Shown piece by piece: positions 1 to 8,658 of a stretch of DNA of 64,000 bases. Every line of letters begins with the position of its first letter. Position 1 is the first letter of the stretch. Both the position numbers and the translations under genes were made by a program. The notes beneath the pieces were generated by a model, which saw only the letters and a list, made by a program, of their open reading frames with translations, was not told the DNA's origin and searched no databases. Source of the stretch: a virus; IMG/VR virus record IMGVR_UViG_3300010392_005355, positions 9,611 through 73,610 of that record; one strand, 5' to 3'.

Positions 1-224
1 TCCATCTGCCGGAGGATCGACTCTTCAGTCAGCTCCTCCGGCAGTCTCTCTGCGAACGCTTGGTTCATGATGGCTTGAGCTTCAGAAGCACCAGGCAGGC
101 CTGCCACGATGTGAGTGACGGCCATGCCTGCAGCCGCTTCAAGCTTGCGGATCGCATCGTCGCGGTTCGTCTCTTCGATGCGGGCTCTGCGCTCGGCCAT
201 GAAGTCGATGACGAAGTCGGTCAT
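1..224 (-). CDS. Phage early protein, runs off left edge; paralog of 1967-2200
   Basis: Own translation MTDFVIDFMAERRARIEE...GLPGASEAQAI; ATGA overlap with upstream gene stop. Confidence 0.7.
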   Translation of the reverse strand, partial: MTDFVIDFMAERRARIEETNRDDAIRKLEAAAGMAVTHIVAGLPGASEAQAIMNQAFAERLPEELTEESILRQM

Positions 225-418
225 TGCACCAGCCCCCAGACAGCCCCGATGGTAAGCGATGCAAAGATCGCCGCCCCGAGGGAGAGACCAGCGCCGGCGG
301 TTCGATTGCCCTCCTCAGAATAGAGGTAGGCCAGCACCGCCCAGACGGTCGTCATGTACCCGCCAGCGAGGCCGATGATGATGATCGCCGTCCATGTGAA
401 GAACGCTTCCGGTGTCAT
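221..418 (-). CDS. Small two-TM phage membrane protein
   Basis: 65 aa, two hydrophobic segments, ATGA-coupled on both sides. Confidence 0.7.
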   Translation of the reverse strand: MTPEAFFTWTAIIIIGLAGGYMTTVWAVLAYLYSEEGNRTAGAGLSLGAAIFASLTIGAVWGLVQ

Positions 419-888
419 GCCGCCTGCTCCTCTGTCTGCTGGACCGGGAAGCGGAACATGTTGGGGCAGGTGCCGGTATGCATGTCCGGCTTGCGCAGGC
501 CGAATTCGGACTCCACGACGACGCCGTTCTTCAGTTCGATGAAGCGTGTGCCATCGCTGTGAACGCGGCCCCGCGCGTACTCAGGACGTGTCTCCACGCT
601 CTCCGTCACGATGAAGGCGCGCCATGGATTGCCACCGCCTTTGCGCTGCAGGAAGAGATCGCCCGCGCGAATGTCGGTGCGGTGACCAAGTTCGGAAATC
701 TCGTAGGCCTGCAGGCGCACGGTCCACGCGCCGACCTGGTCCCGGTGCTCTTCAAGGAAGGAGCTGCGCTCAATCGGGATGCCGAGCCGGAGCAGGTAGC
801 CTTCGAGGAAGGCCTTGTTGCTGGCGTAGCGCTTGCCGATGAGGGTGCGGGCAATGTCTGCCGGGTGGGTTGCTGTGTCGAAGGCCAT
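415..888 (-). CDS. Hypothetical phage protein
   Basis: ATG at 888 overlaps upstream TGA (TGATG); tightly packed operon. Confidence 0.65.
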   Translation of the reverse strand: MAFDTATHPADIARTLIGKRYASNKAFLEGYLLRLGIPIERSSFLEEHRDQVGAWTVRLQAYEISELGHRTDIRAGDLFLQRKGGGNPWRAFIVTESVETRPEYARGRVHSDGTRFIELKNGVVVESEFGLRKPDMHTGTCPNMFRFPVQQTEEQAA

Positions 889-1193
889 CAGTCGTCCCCC
901 TCTTCGCCATAGGGATTGGTATCGAGTTCGGCGGCGGTCATTTTCACCGCGAGGTCCGTGGAAGCCGTGACGAGGCCGAAGGGCACAGGCGGTTGAATGC
1001 CGCGCGCTTTGTGCCGCTCCTCCCACCGCGCATGGCGCTCGCGGTCGACATCTGCGAAGTCGCGCCGCCAGAGCCAGAAGCATCCCGGCGTAGAGCTTGT
1101 TTCCTTCCACCCATGGGCGCGAAGGTAGGATGTCCGGAGGCTGTTGAGCTCGCTCTCGGCTTCCGCGATCTGGTGAAAGTGAACGGCCATCAC
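888..1193 (-). CDS. Hypothetical phage protein
   Basis: Coupled start/stop in leftward operon. Confidence 0.65.
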   Translation of the reverse strand: MMAVHFHQIAEAESELNSLRTSYLRAHGWKETSSTPGCFWLWRRDFADVDRERHARWEERHKARGIQPPVPFGLVTASTDLAVKMTAAELDTNPYGEEGDD

Positions 1194-1690
1194 GCGACCT
1201 CCAGATTGCAGGCGCCGGTGAACTCGACCTCGAACGGCTTGCCGTCGCTCATCTCATTGGCGAGCTGGGCAGCGCGCTCATGGATTGCGGTGATGCATTC
1301 CTGCGTGAAGCCGTCCATGCGAAGGGCACGGTCAGTGACGACGCCATCCGTGTGCTTGATCCGGATGATGGCTAGAGCCAGACGCTCGATGTCCGTGCCG
1401 AACATATCTTCCTTGTAGGCCTTAATGTCAGCGAGAACCTGATCGCAGAGGGCGTCGAAGTCGGTGCCTTCGTGCCGGGAGCCCCAATCCGGTCGGCCAT
1501 CGGCCCGGAATTTCGTTTCGAAATCAGAGTGAATGTAGATGTCACCATCATGGTTGAGCGCCGAGAAGACGCTGACATATGCATTGGGGCGGCAGTCACG
1601 CATCGCCGCTTCAATCTCTTTCTCCCGCATCCGTTTGTGCTCAAGCGCGGCACGGATCATTTCTGATGTTAGTTCAATGTCAGCCATCAC
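1190..1690 (-). CDS. Hypothetical phage protein
   Basis: 166 aa, coupled in leftward operon. Confidence 0.7.
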   Translation of the reverse strand: MMADIELTSEMIRAALEHKRMREKEIEAAMRDCRPNAYVSVFSALNHDGDIYIHSDFETKFRADGRPDWGSRHEGTDFDALCDQVLADIKAYKEDMFGTDIERLALAIIRIKHTDGVVTDRALRMDGFTQECITAIHERAAQLANEMSDGKPFEVEFTGACNLEVA

Positions 1691-1974
1691 GCGGCCCTTT
1701 CCAAATCGATTGCGTAAAGTTCTGCAGCCACTGCTGCGCGATACTGCCCATCCAGCCGTGCATGGAAGAATCGGGCGAGTTCCAAATCCTCATCAGAGAC
1801 CGGAGCACCACGCTCTCGGGCCAGTTCCAGCTGGTCACGGTGGACGCGCTGGAATTCAAGCGACTGCTTTGCCCAGCGGAGGCGTTCTGCCGCTTCATTA
1901 CCCTCGTGGGCTGCACGGGTGACAGGATCATTGATCCGGTCGCGGGTGGCTGTGTGGTGGAAGAGGTCAAACAT
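1687..1974 (-). CDS. Hypothetical phage protein
   Basis: GGAGG RBS before ATG at 1974 (MFDLFHH). Confidence 0.6.
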   Translation of the reverse strand: MFDLFHHTATRDRINDPVTRAAHEGNEAAERLRWAKQSLEFQRVHRDQLELARERGAPVSDEDLELARFFHARLDGQYRAAVAAELYAIDLERAA

Positions 1975-2200
1975 TGGAGCCTCCCTTGATAATATCGAAT
2001 ATCGCATCTTCCGTGAGGTGATTTTCCTCGCCCAGAGCGCGGTCACAAATGGCGCGGGCTTCATCTGCACCGGGAAGGCCCTCAGAGATGCTGGCGGCCA
2101 CGGCAGATGCCACCAGACGCAGCTGAGTGCGGGCCTTTGTGGCACGCTGCTGCTCCTCACGGGCGCGGCGCTTGGCGGCGTAGTCGATGATGTTGGTCAT
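1967..2200 (-). CDS. Hypothetical phage protein; paralog of <1-224
   Basis: GGAG RBS, ATGA coupling, shared motifs with left-edge ORF. Confidence 0.7.
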   Translation of the reverse strand: MTNIIDYAAKRRAREEQQRATKARTQLRLVASAVAASISEGLPGADEARAICDRALGEENHLTEDAIFDIIKGGSNV

Positions 2201-2535
2201 GCTGCGGCTCCGCGCGCCCGCTTGGCGTCGTCTTCAAGGGCGGAGAAGCGGGCAGACCCGTCACGCAGTCCGGCGTGATACTGGAAGGTGTCCAGCCTTT
2301 CGCCTTCGAGGGCCTCCGCAAGGCGTTCGTAAAATGCTTCGGTGAAGCTCTCTTCGAGATATTCGACCTCGCGCCACATGATGGGGAAATCAAAGTCCTG
2401 CTCCATGCTGGCGAGCGCCATCTCAATGGCCCGGCCAATGCGGCGGCCATGATCGTAGGAACGCTGCGCCGCTTTATCGCGGGCCTCACGTTCGCGCACT
2501 TCAGCCATCCTGCAGTCTGGGGTGTTGGTCAGCAT
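2197..2535 (-). CDS. First gene of leftward early operon, hypothetical
   Basis: GAGGAAA RBS, directly downstream of PL-like promoter. Confidence 0.7.
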   Translation of the reverse strand: MLTNTPDCRMAEVREREARDKAAQRSYDHGRRIGRAIEMALASMEQDFDFPIMWREVEYLEESFTEAFYERLAEALEGERLDTFQYHAGLRDGSARFSALEDDAKRARGAAA

Positions 2536-2560
2536 GTCTTGTTTCCTCTTCGATGAGGAA

Positions 2561-2631
2561 ACAATGCATTATGCATTATGCGTAGTCAACAGATAATTCT
2601 GCAAAACGCATAATATTCGCTTTTGTGAAAG
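2561..2631 (-). promoter_or_regulatory. PL-like promoter with repressor operators (consensus ATTATGC-N5-GCATAAT)
   Basis: Minus-strand TTGACT -35 (2584-2589); imperfect palindromes ACAATGC-ATTAT-GCATTAT (2561-2579) and ATTCTGC-AAAAC-GCATAAT (2596-2614). Confidence 0.75.
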
Positions 2632-2680
2632 CTATTCGCCTTGCGCGATTTGCGAATTCAGAATCGTCAGGGAGCTTGGG

Positions 2681-3247
2681 TTATTGGGCTTCAGATGGCT
2701 CAGACGCCATGCATTGCTCCACCCAATTAGAAGCCTTTCTTGCGCCAGTCATATCGATAACAAAGGTTTCATCGAACGGCTTGGCACCCAATAAAGACAT
2801 GCGTTGGCCCGCCAAGTGAAATTCAACTTTTGCGCCGTCATAATTTACCCAGTTGGCTGAACGGAAATTGTATTGCTCGAAGAACCTTGCCCCAGAGGCG
2901 CGATACTCCTTAGCTGCTGAGGGATCGCCAGAGGTATACACGTTGGAAATTGTTCTGGACCTGACTTTCAATATTGAAACGTAGGGAGCGGGATTATCAA
3001 AAATCCCGTAGAGCGCAGGGGTAGGTATTTCGCCAGGGTCATCAGACTTTATCGCGTTGCAGACGCGTCCTGATGCGATTTCAATCTGCCAAAGGTGCCA
3101 ACCCTCTACCTCCCCCCAGTGCGTGGAGTAACTGCCTGGAGAGTGCTCTCTTTCTTCCCCGTAAAGCCAGCCTTCAGGTTCGGCAAATGCGCTCAAGTGA
3201 AAACAGCTGAGCGATATTAATAGCGCTGCAGGGGGTAAAACCCTCAT
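2681..3247 (-). CDS. Exported protein co-transcribed with cI (lysogenic accessory, possible superinfection exclusion)
   Basis: ATGA overlap with cI stop; N-terminal signal peptide (…HLSAFA|E); more AT-rich than flanks. Confidence 0.7.
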   Translation of the reverse strand: MRVLPPAALLISLSCFHLSAFAEPEGWLYGEEREHSPGSYSTHWGEVEGWHLWQIEIASGRVCNAIKSDDPGEIPTPALYGIFDNPAPYVSILKVRSRTISNVYTSGDPSAAKEYRASGARFFEQYNFRSANWVNYDGAKVEFHLAGQRMSLLGAKPFDETFVIDMTGARKASNWVEQCMASEPSEAQ

Positions 3248-3897
3248 CCCAAGACCCTCCCAATCCAAATCACCCGCCCTAGAACTTCCATACGCTCGGC
3301 ATCGGTCACCGTCATTGTTTCATAAGCGGAATTGTCGGACTTCACGATAATATGCCGCGTCTGCAGATCGACTTGGCACCGCTTCACAAGCAAATCATCT
3401 TCTAAAGCGATAATGTAGATGCCGTCGCGGCCGACCTTGCGAATAGATCTATCGACAAGAACTTGATCGGCATTTGCTAGCGTTGGCTCCATGCTGTCAC
3501 CAGCAACACGAATCACGGCCAAATTCTCCTCTGCTGTTCGCGTAATTCTGCCAAGCTCCTGTTGCCTATAAGGCTGGTATCCAATTGGTTCGCCGTCTTC
3601 AGCCATCGCGCCAGGGCCCGCACTGGCTCTAATGTCGTAGATCGGAATGGTGGTAATAGCTTCCCGATGCGATGGCTTCAAAGCGGTCTGCGCACCCGTC
3701 AGCAACCATTCAATTGGCACCCGAAACGCCGTGGCGTAGCGCTTGAGAGAGTCGGCTTTGACTCCCCTCGATCCATTCTCGTGGCCTGCATATGTGGCAT
3801 ATTTGAACCCAAATGCTTCGCATGCCTCCATTACGGTTTCGTACCCCGCATTGATGCGGGCTTCTCTCAATCGTGCTGCTATTGCGGAATCAGTCAT
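3244..3897 (-). CDS. cI: CI-like repressor, XRE HTH + peptidase S24
   Basis: RLREAR…YAGHENG HTH; GDSMEP serine and VKR lysine; ASAG cleavage region. Confidence 0.93.
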   Translation of the reverse strand: MTDSAIAARLREARINAGYETVMEACEAFGFKYATYAGHENGSRGVKADSLKRYATAFRVPIEWLLTGAQTALKPSHREAITTIPIYDIRASAGPGAMAEDGEPIGYQPYRQQELGRITRTAEENLAVIRVAGDSMEPTLANADQVLVDRSIRKVGRDGIYIIALEDDLLVKRCQVDLQTRHIIVKSDNSAYETMTVTDAERMEVLGRVIWIGRVLG

Positions 3898-3918
3898 ACC
3901 TAATCAGTAGCGCGTTGT

Positions 3919-3985
3919 ATTATGCATTAGGCATTGACTTTGCAGAATGCATAACGCATAGCGGTATTATGCGTTTTGTGAAAGA
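3919..3985. promoter_or_regulatory. PR/PRM region with operators
   Basis: ATTATGC-ATTAG-GCATTGA (3919-3937), ACTTTGC-AGAAT-GCATAAC (3937-3955), TTGACT at 3934; same motif as left operators. Confidence 0.75.
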
Positions 3986-4250
3986 CATCTTCCAGGCATT
4001 TGGTGGGAACAGCGAGATCGCTGAAATCACGGGCGAGAAATACCCGACGGTTTCCAGCTGGCTTCTTCGCTGCAGTATTCCGCCCAAGCACTGGGGCGCT
4101 CTCGTGGAGGCCGCATCGGCACGCGGGATCGATCTTGATTTCGCCGGGCTTGCCCAAATCGCCGCCAACCGCGCGAAGGAGAAGGCCCTCCGGTCGAAGG
4201 AGGCGCGAGCGGCACAAAGCGCGCGCGTCAGACCGGAGCCAGCCCAATGA
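3969..4250 (+). CDS. cro: Cro-like HTH protein
   Basis: Divergent from cI; IFQAFGG…TVSSWLLRCSIPPKHW Cro-type pattern. Confidence 0.85.
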   Translation: MRFVKDIFQAFGGNSEIAEITGEKYPTVSSWLLRCSIPPKHWGALVEAASARGIDLDFAGLAQIAANRAKEKALRSKEARAAQSARVRPEPAQ

Positions 4251-4552
4251 CTCCGGCCGACCGCATCCATTGTTCGTGCGCTTCGTGCGCAACGTCGAAA
4301 ACGGCCTCAGCATCCGTCCCCCCTTATGCTGCGCGCCGGAGCAGGGCGGGCATTGCGTCCCCCACCCAGCCTGTCCGCCCTGCTCAATCTTTCCATCTGC
4401 TCGGCAAGGTCGATCTTGCGCCGTGCGCTGACGATGAGAAACGAGGCCGCCGCCAGCAAGTGGTCAACCTCGTTTCTCAGTTCTTCCGGTCTGTTGTGTT
4501 GCATCTATTGCGCAAAGCCTCCTTTCCGAAACGGATATGGAGCGAATGAGCC

Positions 4553-4951
4553 ATGCAACACAATGCAGAAGATTACCAAAAATTGTCACTGGGCGAGCGG
4601 GTTCGGAAGCTCCTGCGCCAGCGATATGGGCCGAACGCCGCGAAGAAACTGGCATCCCTGACCGGGGTCGACCTTCGAACGGCCAATGGGTGGGTAACCG
4701 AGGGCAGGGAGCCGCGTGGGGCGGCCCTGCTGAAAATCATCGCGGATATGGGCCGCGACGGACTTCTGGCGCTGTTTTCGCCGGAGGTCGAGGAACATGA
4801 AGAGCGCCTGCGGAGGAAAATCAGTGAGCACACGAACGAGGTTGCGCGCCTTAAAGCGCAGCTGGCAGGCGGGGAGCCTGTCCCTGCAGGTCTGGTGGCT
4901 CAGAGCCCTGATCCGTCTCCGGAGCACGCGCATCTGGCGCAGCATGGTTAA
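4553..4951 (+). CDS. HTH DNA-binding protein (CII position)
   Basis: AAKKLASLTGVDLRTANGWV HTH, C-terminal coiled coil. Confidence 0.75.
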   Translation: MQHNAEDYQKLSLGERVRKLLRQRYGPNAAKKLASLTGVDLRTANGWVTEGREPRGAALLKIIADMGRDGLLALFSPEVEEHEERLRRKISEHTNEVARLKAQLAGGEPVPAGLVAQSPDPSPEHAHLAQHG

Positions 4952-5084
4952 TCCGGCTGCTGCAAAGCGCTGGGAACCCCTGACGATCATTCCCGGCGCG
5001 GCCCTGAGCTGGGGCCTGATCGCGTTGATGGTGTGGGCCTGCTTCATGCTGGGCCGGACGGTTGCAGGCGAGGTGGCGAGATGA
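4944..5084 (+). CDS. Small single-TM protein
   Basis: Coupled ORF, one hydrophobic helix. Confidence 0.5.
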   Translation: MVNPAAAKRWEPLTIIPGAALSWGLIALMVWACFMLGRTVAGEVAR

Positions 5085-5410
5085 CCTCCAAGCAGAAGCA
5101 GGTTCTCCAATTCATCATCGACTATCAGGCCAGACATGGGGGCGTGTCCCCCAGCTTTATGGAAATGCGTGGGTCCACGGGCGTGAACTCAAATAGCGGC
5201 GTTCACCGGGTGCTCATCTCCCTTGAAGAGCGAGGATACATACGGCGAGCGGGGGGCAGGGCACGTGAAATCACTGTCCTGAGAACCCCTGACCAGCTGC
5301 CGAAACTGAGCCGTTCCGAGAACATCCTCGCCCTCAGCGACTACCTCTCCAGCAAGCTGGATGTGGACGCAGCACATGTTCGTAAGGCGCTGATGGATCT
5401 GCCGTCATGA
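5081..5410 (+). CDS. LexA DNA-binding-domain-like protein without peptidase domain
   Basis: TSKQKQVLQFI…SPSFMEMR…SGVHRVLISLEERGYIRR…RAREI matches the LexA winged HTH. Confidence 0.85.
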   Translation: MTSKQKQVLQFIIDYQARHGGVSPSFMEMRGSTGVNSNSGVHRVLISLEERGYIRRAGGRAREITVLRTPDQLPKLSRSENILALSDYLSSKLDVDAAHVRKALMDLPS

Positions 5411-6165
5411 CCGCCACCACCAAACATAATCCGGGGGCAATCCTCCCAACCACTGAGCCGGGCAACAGACTGGTCAATGGGAATCCTGCCTCGAAAGCCG
5501 TGAGTGCAAGCACGGCCCAAGAGGTCAAATCCGTGCCCCCGGCACCTGAGGGCGTCCCTCAGTCGCTCGATGACGGTGCTTATATTGCGGTCAAGGATTC
5601 CAACCCGGCGTCTGTTTTCAGCGGGCTTCGTCCGTTTTCGTATGATCTGATCGTTGCGGATCCGCCATGGACGTTTGAGACATATTCAGACAAGGGCCAT
5701 GGTAAGGCTGCGCAGGCGCAATACGACTGCATGCCTCTCGACCAGATCAAGGCACTTCCGGTGGGTGAACTCGCCGCCGGTGATTCCCTATTATGGCTGT
5801 GGGCCACGAATCCAATGCTACCGCAGGCGTTCGAAGTCATCGCTGCCTGGGGCTTTCGGTTCGTCACGGCCGGCACATGGGTCAAGACCACGGCCAAGGG
5901 CAAGCTCGCCTTCGGAACCGGCTATCGCTTGCGCAGCGCCAATGAGCCCTTCCTGATCGCCACGAATGGTAATCCTCAAACCGCGAAGAATGTCCGCTCC
6001 GTAATTATGGCAGAGGCGCGAGAGCATTCACGCAAGCCCGACGAGGCTTTCGCTGCGGCTGAGGCGCTGGTGCCCAATGCCCGTCGGCTTGAACTGTTCA
6101 GCAGGCAGTCTCGGGAGGGTTGGGATACCTGGGGCTTTGAAGCGGGGAAATTCGATGACCTGTGA
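5407..6165 (+). CDS. MT-A70 family adenine methyltransferase
   Basis: IVADPPW, LWLWATNP, HSRKP, RLELFSR motifs. Confidence 0.92.
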   Translation: MTATTKHNPGAILPTTEPGNRLVNGNPASKAVSASTAQEVKSVPPAPEGVPQSLDDGAYIAVKDSNPASVFSGLRPFSYDLIVADPPWTFETYSDKGHGKAAQAQYDCMPLDQIKALPVGELAAGDSLLWLWATNPMLPQAFEVIAAWGFRFVTAGTWVKTTAKGKLAFGTGYRLRSANEPFLIATNGNPQTAKNVRSVIMAEAREHSRKPDEAFAAAEALVPNARRLELFSRQSREGWDTWGFEAGKFDDL

Positions 6166-6346
6166 AGACTGCGCTTTCCACGACATCACCACCCCGGCCA
6201 CCAAGGTCGTAAGATCATGGACGTGGAACAACACGGACGATTTCCGCCATGTGTGTAACCGCCACTTTGACCTGCAGTTTGAGCTGACAAAGCGGCTGAA
6301 CGCGGCGGGGCTGGGCGGGCATCAGGGACGCGAGGTGAGGGTATGA
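6155..6346 (+). CDS. Small Cys/His-rich protein
   Basis: CxxC…CxxH; coupled on both sides. Confidence 0.55.
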   Translation: MTCEDCAFHDITTPATKVVRSWTWNNTDDFRHVCNRHFDLQFELTKRLNAAGLGGHQGREVRV

Positions 6347-7233
6347 GCAGGTTCGCAGCCGTCCCAACCGCTGCTTTGGATGACCCTCGCCTTGAGGCGA
6401 TGCACATTCGTGTTCTTACGTCCCTGTGCAGCTTTGCCGACAAGGACGGGTGGTGCCGGGTCGGACAGGACAAGATTGCCGAAAGGGCGCGTACAAATAA
6501 CGCGCGCGTATCAAGCTCGCTTTCCGACCTCTGCAAGTGGGGATGGGTCAACAAAAAACGCATCGGAAAAATGAAGGCGAATGTCTATCAGGTTTTGATG
6601 GATAGGGAGCTTGATGAGAGCCTTCCGATGCCTGATGAGAATGAGTGTTTTGCTGACACGGCAAAACATGTGAATTGCCAAGACAGCAAATCAGAATTGC
6701 CACCAGAGCAAATCACGTTTGCTCACACGGCAAATCCATTAGGAACACCGTTCTCTAACACCGTTCTTAACACCAATATTGTTGGCGCGCAGAGCGCGCA
6801 ACCACCCCCGGAGCCAGACCAACCGAAACGGAAATCCGTCCCGAGAGGGTCAGCACGCGGAGCGCGCATCCCTGAAAACTGGTCACCCACCACGAAAGAC
6901 TACGCCTTTGCCGCAGAGCAGGGCCTCAGCCGTGAGGAAATCAACCATGAGCACGAACAATTCCGGGACCACTGGGTTTCGGCCACTGGCAAGGGTTCTA
7001 CCAAGCGAGACTGGTCAGCAGCGTGGCGAACCTGGGTCCGAAACACGATCAAATGGCGCACTGAGCGTGCAGCCAGATCGGCTTCTCGCCCGCAGCCCGC
7101 AGGACAATCTCGCGGCGGCGGTCTCGTCGCTGCAGGCCTGCGGAGTATCCGTGAAACACGAGGTTACGGGGAGCAGGTTTCCGAAGAAGGGCGGGTGGGA
7201 GCCCATCATGGACCTGACCGTGAAGCTGGCTGA
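6343..7233 (+). CDS. Replication initiator (O-like; N-terminal HTH, C-terminal DnaT-like domain)
   Basis: N-terminal wHTH, C-terminal FRDHW…DWSAAWRTWVRN, internal iterons. Confidence 0.8.
   Translation: MSRFAAVPTAALDDPRLEAMHIRVLTSLCSFADKDGWCRVGQDKIAERARTNNARVSSSLSDLCKWGWVNKKRIGKMKANVYQVLMDRELDESLPMPDENECFADTAKHVNCQDSKSELPPEQITFAHTANPLGTPFSNTVLNTNIVGAQSAQPPPEPDQPKRKSVPRGSARGARIPENWSPTTKDYAFAAEQGLSREEINHEHEQFRDHWVSATGKGSTKRDWSAAWRTWVRNTIKWRTERAARSASRPQPAGQSRGGGLVAAGLRSIRETRGYGEQVSEEGRVGAHHGPDREAG
6648..6783. repeat. Iteron array, putative phage origin of replication
   Basis: Four TTGC-N7-GCAAA units at 6650, 6675, 6697, 6719, then AACACCGTTCT x2 and an AT-rich tract. Confidence 0.8.
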
Positions 7234-7567
7234 TCAGGTTGATGTTGACCGCGTAAATGGCGTGCTCAAGGGACTGTCTGCACCCGCACCAAAGAGCAAG
7301 ATTATCGAGTGGCTAACGATCTGTGCAGTGAAGACCGGGCACGCAAAGCAGGACGATATGTCCAGCGAGTTGAAGCTGAAGGTTTATGCTGACGATCTGT
7401 CCAAATTTCCCGGCGATATTGTGCGGCACGTTCTGGCCGAGTGGCCCAGCAAGAGTAGCTGGTTTCCCCACTGGAAGGAACTGGAGGACGAGATTGCCTC
7501 GCTCTCCGGCATCCGACCTCAGATCATAAGCCGCGTCAGCGCACGGATACAGGAGGCCCGCTCATGA
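7208..7567 (+). CDS. Replication-associated protein (P/helicase-loader position); start uncertain
   Basis: YADDLSKFP…WFPHWKEL pattern typical of genes following phage initiators. Confidence 0.6.
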   Translation: MDLTVKLADQVDVDRVNGVLKGLSAPAPKSKIIEWLTICAVKTGHAKQDDMSSELKLKVYADDLSKFPGDIVRHVLAEWPSKSSWFPHWKELEDEIASLSGIRPQIISRVSARIQEARS

Positions 7568-7926
7568 CGCTTTCACCCAAACTCGCAGAGGCCTGCCGTG
7601 TAGCAGACATCTCTCTGGAAGACCTGCGTTCAACGTCAAAGCTGAAGCGCCTCACAGACAAGCGCGCTGTCGCCTATCACTATCTGTGCGTTGTCCGGGG
7701 CATGAGCTGGCCGTCAGCCGCCCGTCTCGTTCGCCGTGATCACTCAACCCTGATCTACGGGGCACAGAAGCATTCGCATGAGGCTTACGGCACGCGCCCC
7801 AAGGCGACAACTCAGGAAATGCGGGACGCTTTCGAGGCGAAAGAGGCGGCCGCTCTGAAGGCATGCCCATGGGTTCAGGCCTATGACCTCAACACACAGC
7901 CAGCAAAGGAGACTGCTGATGTTTAA
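7564..7926 (+). CDS. DnaA domain-IV-like HTH protein
   Basis: ISLEDLRS…KRAVAYHY…RRDHSTLIYG resembles the DnaA C-terminal RDHTTV signature. Confidence 0.75.
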   Translation: MTLSPKLAEACRVADISLEDLRSTSKLKRLTDKRAVAYHYLCVVRGMSWPSAARLVRRDHSTLIYGAQKHSHEAYGTRPKATTQEMRDAFEAKEAAALKACPWVQAYDLNTQPAKETADV

Positions 7927-8266
7927 GCTTGGGGAACTTGTTATCTGCATTGATGACAGTCCGGACACTGGCTGCCCATGCAATGTGAAGAAGGGGGCGG
8001 TTTACACCGTCAAGGCTTTCTACCCGGCTGGGTTCGGCTTCCCGCTTGGGTACACAGCGAACAGGGATTTGCTCGGCGTTGGTGTTCCCAACGAGGCGCT
8101 CAAGAAGCATTGGGACTGCAAGGGTCTAAGCGACGGCCCAGTCGATCTATGGGATAGCACCCGTTTTCAGCGCCTAGAGCGCAACGAGGACTCTATCCAG
8201 CAATCCAAGACCATATTCCGCAAGATGGCGGATGACGTCAAAGCTTTGGAGGTGGTCGGGAAATGA
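7919..8266 (+). CDS. Hypothetical phage protein
   Basis: AAGGAG RBS; MFKLGELVICIDD start typical of small phage beta-barrel proteins. Confidence 0.65.
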   Translation: MFKLGELVICIDDSPDTGCPCNVKKGAVYTVKAFYPAGFGFPLGYTANRDLLGVGVPNEALKKHWDCKGLSDGPVDLWDSTRFQRLERNEDSIQQSKTIFRKMADDVKALEVVGK

Positions 8267-8658
8267 GCTGGAGAGAGTACGAGCCCGCAACTAGCCAACA
8301 TCATGAGCGATATGGCGTGTGGGTCAGCTGTGAAAAGAATTCTAAATCCCAGCACAAACCCATCATTGTCATCAGGATTTATCCAGACGTCCTTGAGAAA
8401 GCAGAAATACTGACAGAGGGGTCTGCCGTTCGCGTATTCTTTGGTGAGGGAGAGCACGTAGGTAAGCTTCGCATCGAGACAGACAGAAGCGCCAAGCTGA
8501 AGCTGCGCAGAGAAACCAAGCTCAAGACCTATGCACTCTATGTTAGAGTGCGACACCCAGACTTTAGAGAAAAATTCCCGTACAGAAATGTTCAGTACAC
8601 CGTGAACGCCCCTGATCGAATTACCCTAGATCTTGGTACCGATGGAGGGGCATCATGA
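8263..8658 (+). CDS. Hypothetical phage protein
   Basis: ATGA-coupled on both sides. Confidence 0.65.
   Translation: MSWREYEPATSQHHERYGVWVSCEKNSKSQHKPIIVIRIYPDVLEKAEILTEGSAVRVFFGEGEHVGKLRIETDRSAKLKLRRETKLKTYALYVRVRHPDFREKFPYRNVQYTVNAPDRITLDLGTDGGAS

Noticed and set aside
4247-4549. 100-aa ORF between cro and the CII-position gene
   Set aside because: ATGA-coupled but low-information sequence with several competing frames; cannot support a call
5407-6165. Restriction-modification system
   Set aside because: No cognate endonuclease nearby; orphan phage methyltransferase
6648-6783. CRISPR-like repeat array
   Set aside because: Short palindromic units with 7-10-bp gaps inside a replication gene are iterons; no cas genes or spacer array seen in the window
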